This document shows positions 61,863 through 64,000 of a stretch of 64,000 bases of DNA, piece after piece. The stretch comes from Alphaproteobacteria bacterium (GTDB lineage Bacteria > Pseudomonadota > Alphaproteobacteria > Bin95). Position numbers and translations under genes: made by a program. The stretch's first letter is position 1. Every line of letters begins with the position of its first letter. The stretch spans positions 2,176,001 to 2,240,000 of the forward strand of contig CBDBGH010000003.1 of the NCBI GenBank assembly GCA_965205265.1. Reading direction: 5' to 3'. Under the pieces are notes generated by a model. It was not told where the DNA came from. It searched no databases and worked only from the letters and a program-made list of their open reading frames with translations.

Positions 61863-63644
61863 ATGCACCCCTACCGCACACACGATTGCGGCGCGCTGCG
61901 CCGCGCCGATGTCGGCAGCACCGTCCGCCTCTCCGGCTGGGTCCACCGCAAGCGCGACCATGGCAGCCTCCTGTTCGTGGACCTGCGGGACCGCTACGGG
62001 CTGACGCAATGCGTGATCGATTCGAGCCGCGCGGAAACCTTTGCGGTGCTGGATACAGCGCGCAACGAGACGGTGCTCACCGTCACCGGCGAATGCGTGG
62101 AGCGGGACGCCGATACGGTCAATCCGGCGCTGCCGACGGGCGAGGTCGAGGTCTCCATTCGCGAAATCGCCGTGCAGGGCGCAGCCGAGCCGCTGCCGCT
62201 CCAGGTGAACAGCGAGGAGGATTACGGCGAGGAGGTGCGGCTGCGCTACCGCTTCCTCGATCTGCGCCGCGACAAGATGCAGCGCAACATCGCGCTGCGC
62301 TCGGACATCATCGCCTCGATCCGCCGCCGGATGATCGAACAGGGCTTCCGCGAGTTCCAGACGCCGATCCTGACGGCGGAGAGCCCGGAGGGCGCGCGCG
62401 ACTTCCTGGTGCCCTCGCGGCTGCATCCGGGCAGGTTCTACGCCCTGCCGCAGGCGCCGCAGCAGTTCAAGCAATTGCTGATGGTCGCGGGCTTCGACCG
62501 CTACTTCCAGATCGCGCCCTGCTTCCGCGACGAGGACGCGCGCGCCGACCGCTCGCCCGGCGAGTTCTATCAGCTCGACTTCGAGATGGCGTTCGTGACG
62601 CAGGAGGACGTGTTCGACGCCATCGAGCCGGTTCTGGCCGGCGTGTTCGAGGAGTTCGCGGACGGGCGCGAGGTCACGCCGCCGCCCTTCCCGCGCATCG
62701 GCTTCGACGAGGCCATGCTGAAATACGGCAGCGACAAGCCGGACCTGCGCAACCCCATCGAGATCGCCGAAGCGACGGAGATATTCCGGGGCTCGGGCTT
62801 CTCCATCTTCGAGCGCGGCATCGCGGCGGGCGGCGCGGTGCGCGCCATTGCCGCGCCCGGCGGGGCGGCGCAGCCGCGCAGCTATTTCGACCGCATGCAG
62901 GACTGGGCAAAGGCGCAGGGCGCCGGGGGCCTCGCCTATGTCACGCTCGACGAGAGCGGGGCGCGGGGGCCCATCGCCCGCTTCCTGGACGAGCCGCGCG
63001 TCGAGGCCTTGCGCGCGGCGACCGGCGCCGGCCCCGGCGACGCCGTGTTCTTCGCCGCGGACAAGCCGGACAAGGCGGCGGACCTTGCGGGCGCGGCGCG
63101 CACGAAGCTCGGCGAGGACCTGGACCTGCTGGAGAAAGGCGCCTTCCGCTTCTGCTGGATCGTCGATTTCCCGATGTATGAGCGGGACGCGGCCACAGGG
63201 CGGGTCGGCTTCAGCCACAACCCCTTCTCCATGCCGCAGGGCGGGCTGGAAGCGCTCGAAAGCATGGACCCGCTGGCGGTCAAGGCGTTCCAGTACGATA
63301 TCGTCTGCAACGGCGTGGAGCTTTCGTCCGGGGCGATCCGCAACCACGACCCGGCCATCATGTACAAGGCGTTCGAGATCGCCGGATACGGGCCGGAAGT
63401 GGTGGAGGCGCGCTTCGGCGGCATGCTCTCGGCGCTCAAATTCGGCGCGCCGCCGCATGGCGGCTCCGCCCCCGGCATAGACCGCATCGTCATGCTGCTC
63501 GCCGACGAGCCCAATATCCGCGAAGTGATCGCCTTCCCGATGAACCAGCAGGGCCAGGACCTGATGATGGGCGCTCCCGCCCCGGTCGAAGCCGCCCGGC
63601 TGAAGGAGCTCGCGGTCCGCCTCGACCTGCCGAAGAAGCGCTGA
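61863..63644 (+). CDS. aspS: Aspartate--tRNA ligase (likely non-discriminating Asp/Asn type)
   Basis: [44 protein letters not shown] and GIDR motifs. Confidence 0.98.
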   Translation: MHPYRTHDCGALRRADVGSTVRLSGWVHRKRDHGSLLFVDLRDRYGLTQCVIDSSRAETFAVLDTARNETVLTVTGECVERDADTVNPALPTGEVEVSIREIAVQGAAEPLPLQVNSEEDYGEEVRLRYRFLDLRRDKMQRNIALRSDIIASIRRRMIEQGFREFQTPILTAESPEGARDFLVPSRLHPGRFYALPQAPQQFKQLLMVAGFDRYFQIAPCFRDEDARADRSPGEFYQLDFEMAFVTQEDVFDAIEPVLAGVFEEFADGREVTPPPFPRIGFDEAMLKYGSDKPDLRNPIEIAEATEIFRGSGFSIFERGIAAGGAVRAIAAPGGAAQPRSYFDRMQDWAKAQGAGGLAYVTLDESGARGPIARFLDEPRVEALRAATGAGPGDAVFFAADKPDKAADLAGAARTKLGEDLDLLEKGAFRFCWIVDFPMYERDAATGRVGFSHNPFSMPQGGLEALESMDPLAVKAFQYDIVCNGVELSSGAIRNHDPAIMYKAFEIAGYGPEVVEARFGGMLSALKFGAPPHGGSAPGIDRIVMLLADEPNIREVIAFPMNQQGQDLMMGAPAPVEAARLKELAVRLDLPKKR

Positions 63645-63655
63645 GGCGGGCTGAG

Positions 63656-63811
63656 CTATCGTCCGAGGACGATGTCGAGGCCGGCAAGCAGTAAATCGAT
63701 CTTCGCCGGCGGGATCCGGCCTGTGCGTTCTTCGAGAAGCGTCCGGTCGAGAGCGACGACCTGCGATACGTTCGCGACAGAATCCTTCGGCAAACCCGTC
63801 ATTCCCGCGGT
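63656..63811 (-). pseudogene. mazF: 3' part of a PemK/MazF-family toxin gene interrupted by IS1634 copy 3
   Basis: Manual translation TAGMTGLPKDSVANVSQVVALDRTLLEERTGRIPPAKIDLLLAGLDIVLGR* fits the MazF C-terminus. Confidence 0.85.
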
Positions 63812-64000
63812 CCTGACTTCGACGGTTGGGCTGACTTCTGACCGATCTCGCGTCTGGAGTTTTCAGTAAAGCCAATGAGTTGGCAGTTGCGGTGCGGTCA
63901 AGCTGCGTTGTAGTGCCTAGTAAATCTTTGAGACTGTCAATGCCTCCGCCACGCGCTACACTCCCCCCATGTTCGTGCGCATCAAGACCTCCCCCAACAG
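63812..64000 (+). mobile_element. IS1634-family copy 3 (partial, opposite orientation; transposase starts at 63969)
   Basis: Reverse complement of 22982-23170. Confidence 0.95.

Noticed and set aside
63796-63811. CGTCA-type motif near IS1634 junctions (CGTCATTCCCGCG here; TGACG near the other two) as REP targeting
   Set aside because: The distance to the junction differs in each case, the 5-mer is common, and two lie in coding sequence; too weak with three sites

Overview
High-GC chromosomal window with alphaproteobacterial (Rhodospirillales-like) synteny. In order it carries tctCBA, alaC-hom-glpX-recJ, phaC, a TRAP dctPQM system, otnI/glpK, a flavin monooxygenase with two VOC genes, a GT25/GT2 glycosyltransferase cluster, glyA-nrdR-ribDEBH-nusB-thiL, a photolyase, a 5'-nucleotidase, a NitT/TauT ABC system, paaABCDE, LLM and GcvT-family oxidoreductases, HU, ccmDEFGHI, ppk1-ppx, rnd and aspS. 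Three apparently identical IS1634-family copies are superimposed on this backbone. Two are complete and have very long target duplications (67 and 161 bp); one of these carries a nested IS21. The third interrupts a MazF/PemK gene at the right edge of the window. There are also several CGTC-type palindromic repeats and a few apparent point lesions. The least explained signals are: (1) two dispersed small genes sharing an identical MTPEMIAILAVGASL anchor and upstream motifs but with unrelated tandem-repeat coiled-coil stalks; (2) a 27-bp direct repeat bracketing ppk1; (3) the fine structure and consequences of the IS1634 insertions. No rRNA, tRNA or CRISPR array was recognised. All calls come from reading motifs by eye; no database searches were run.
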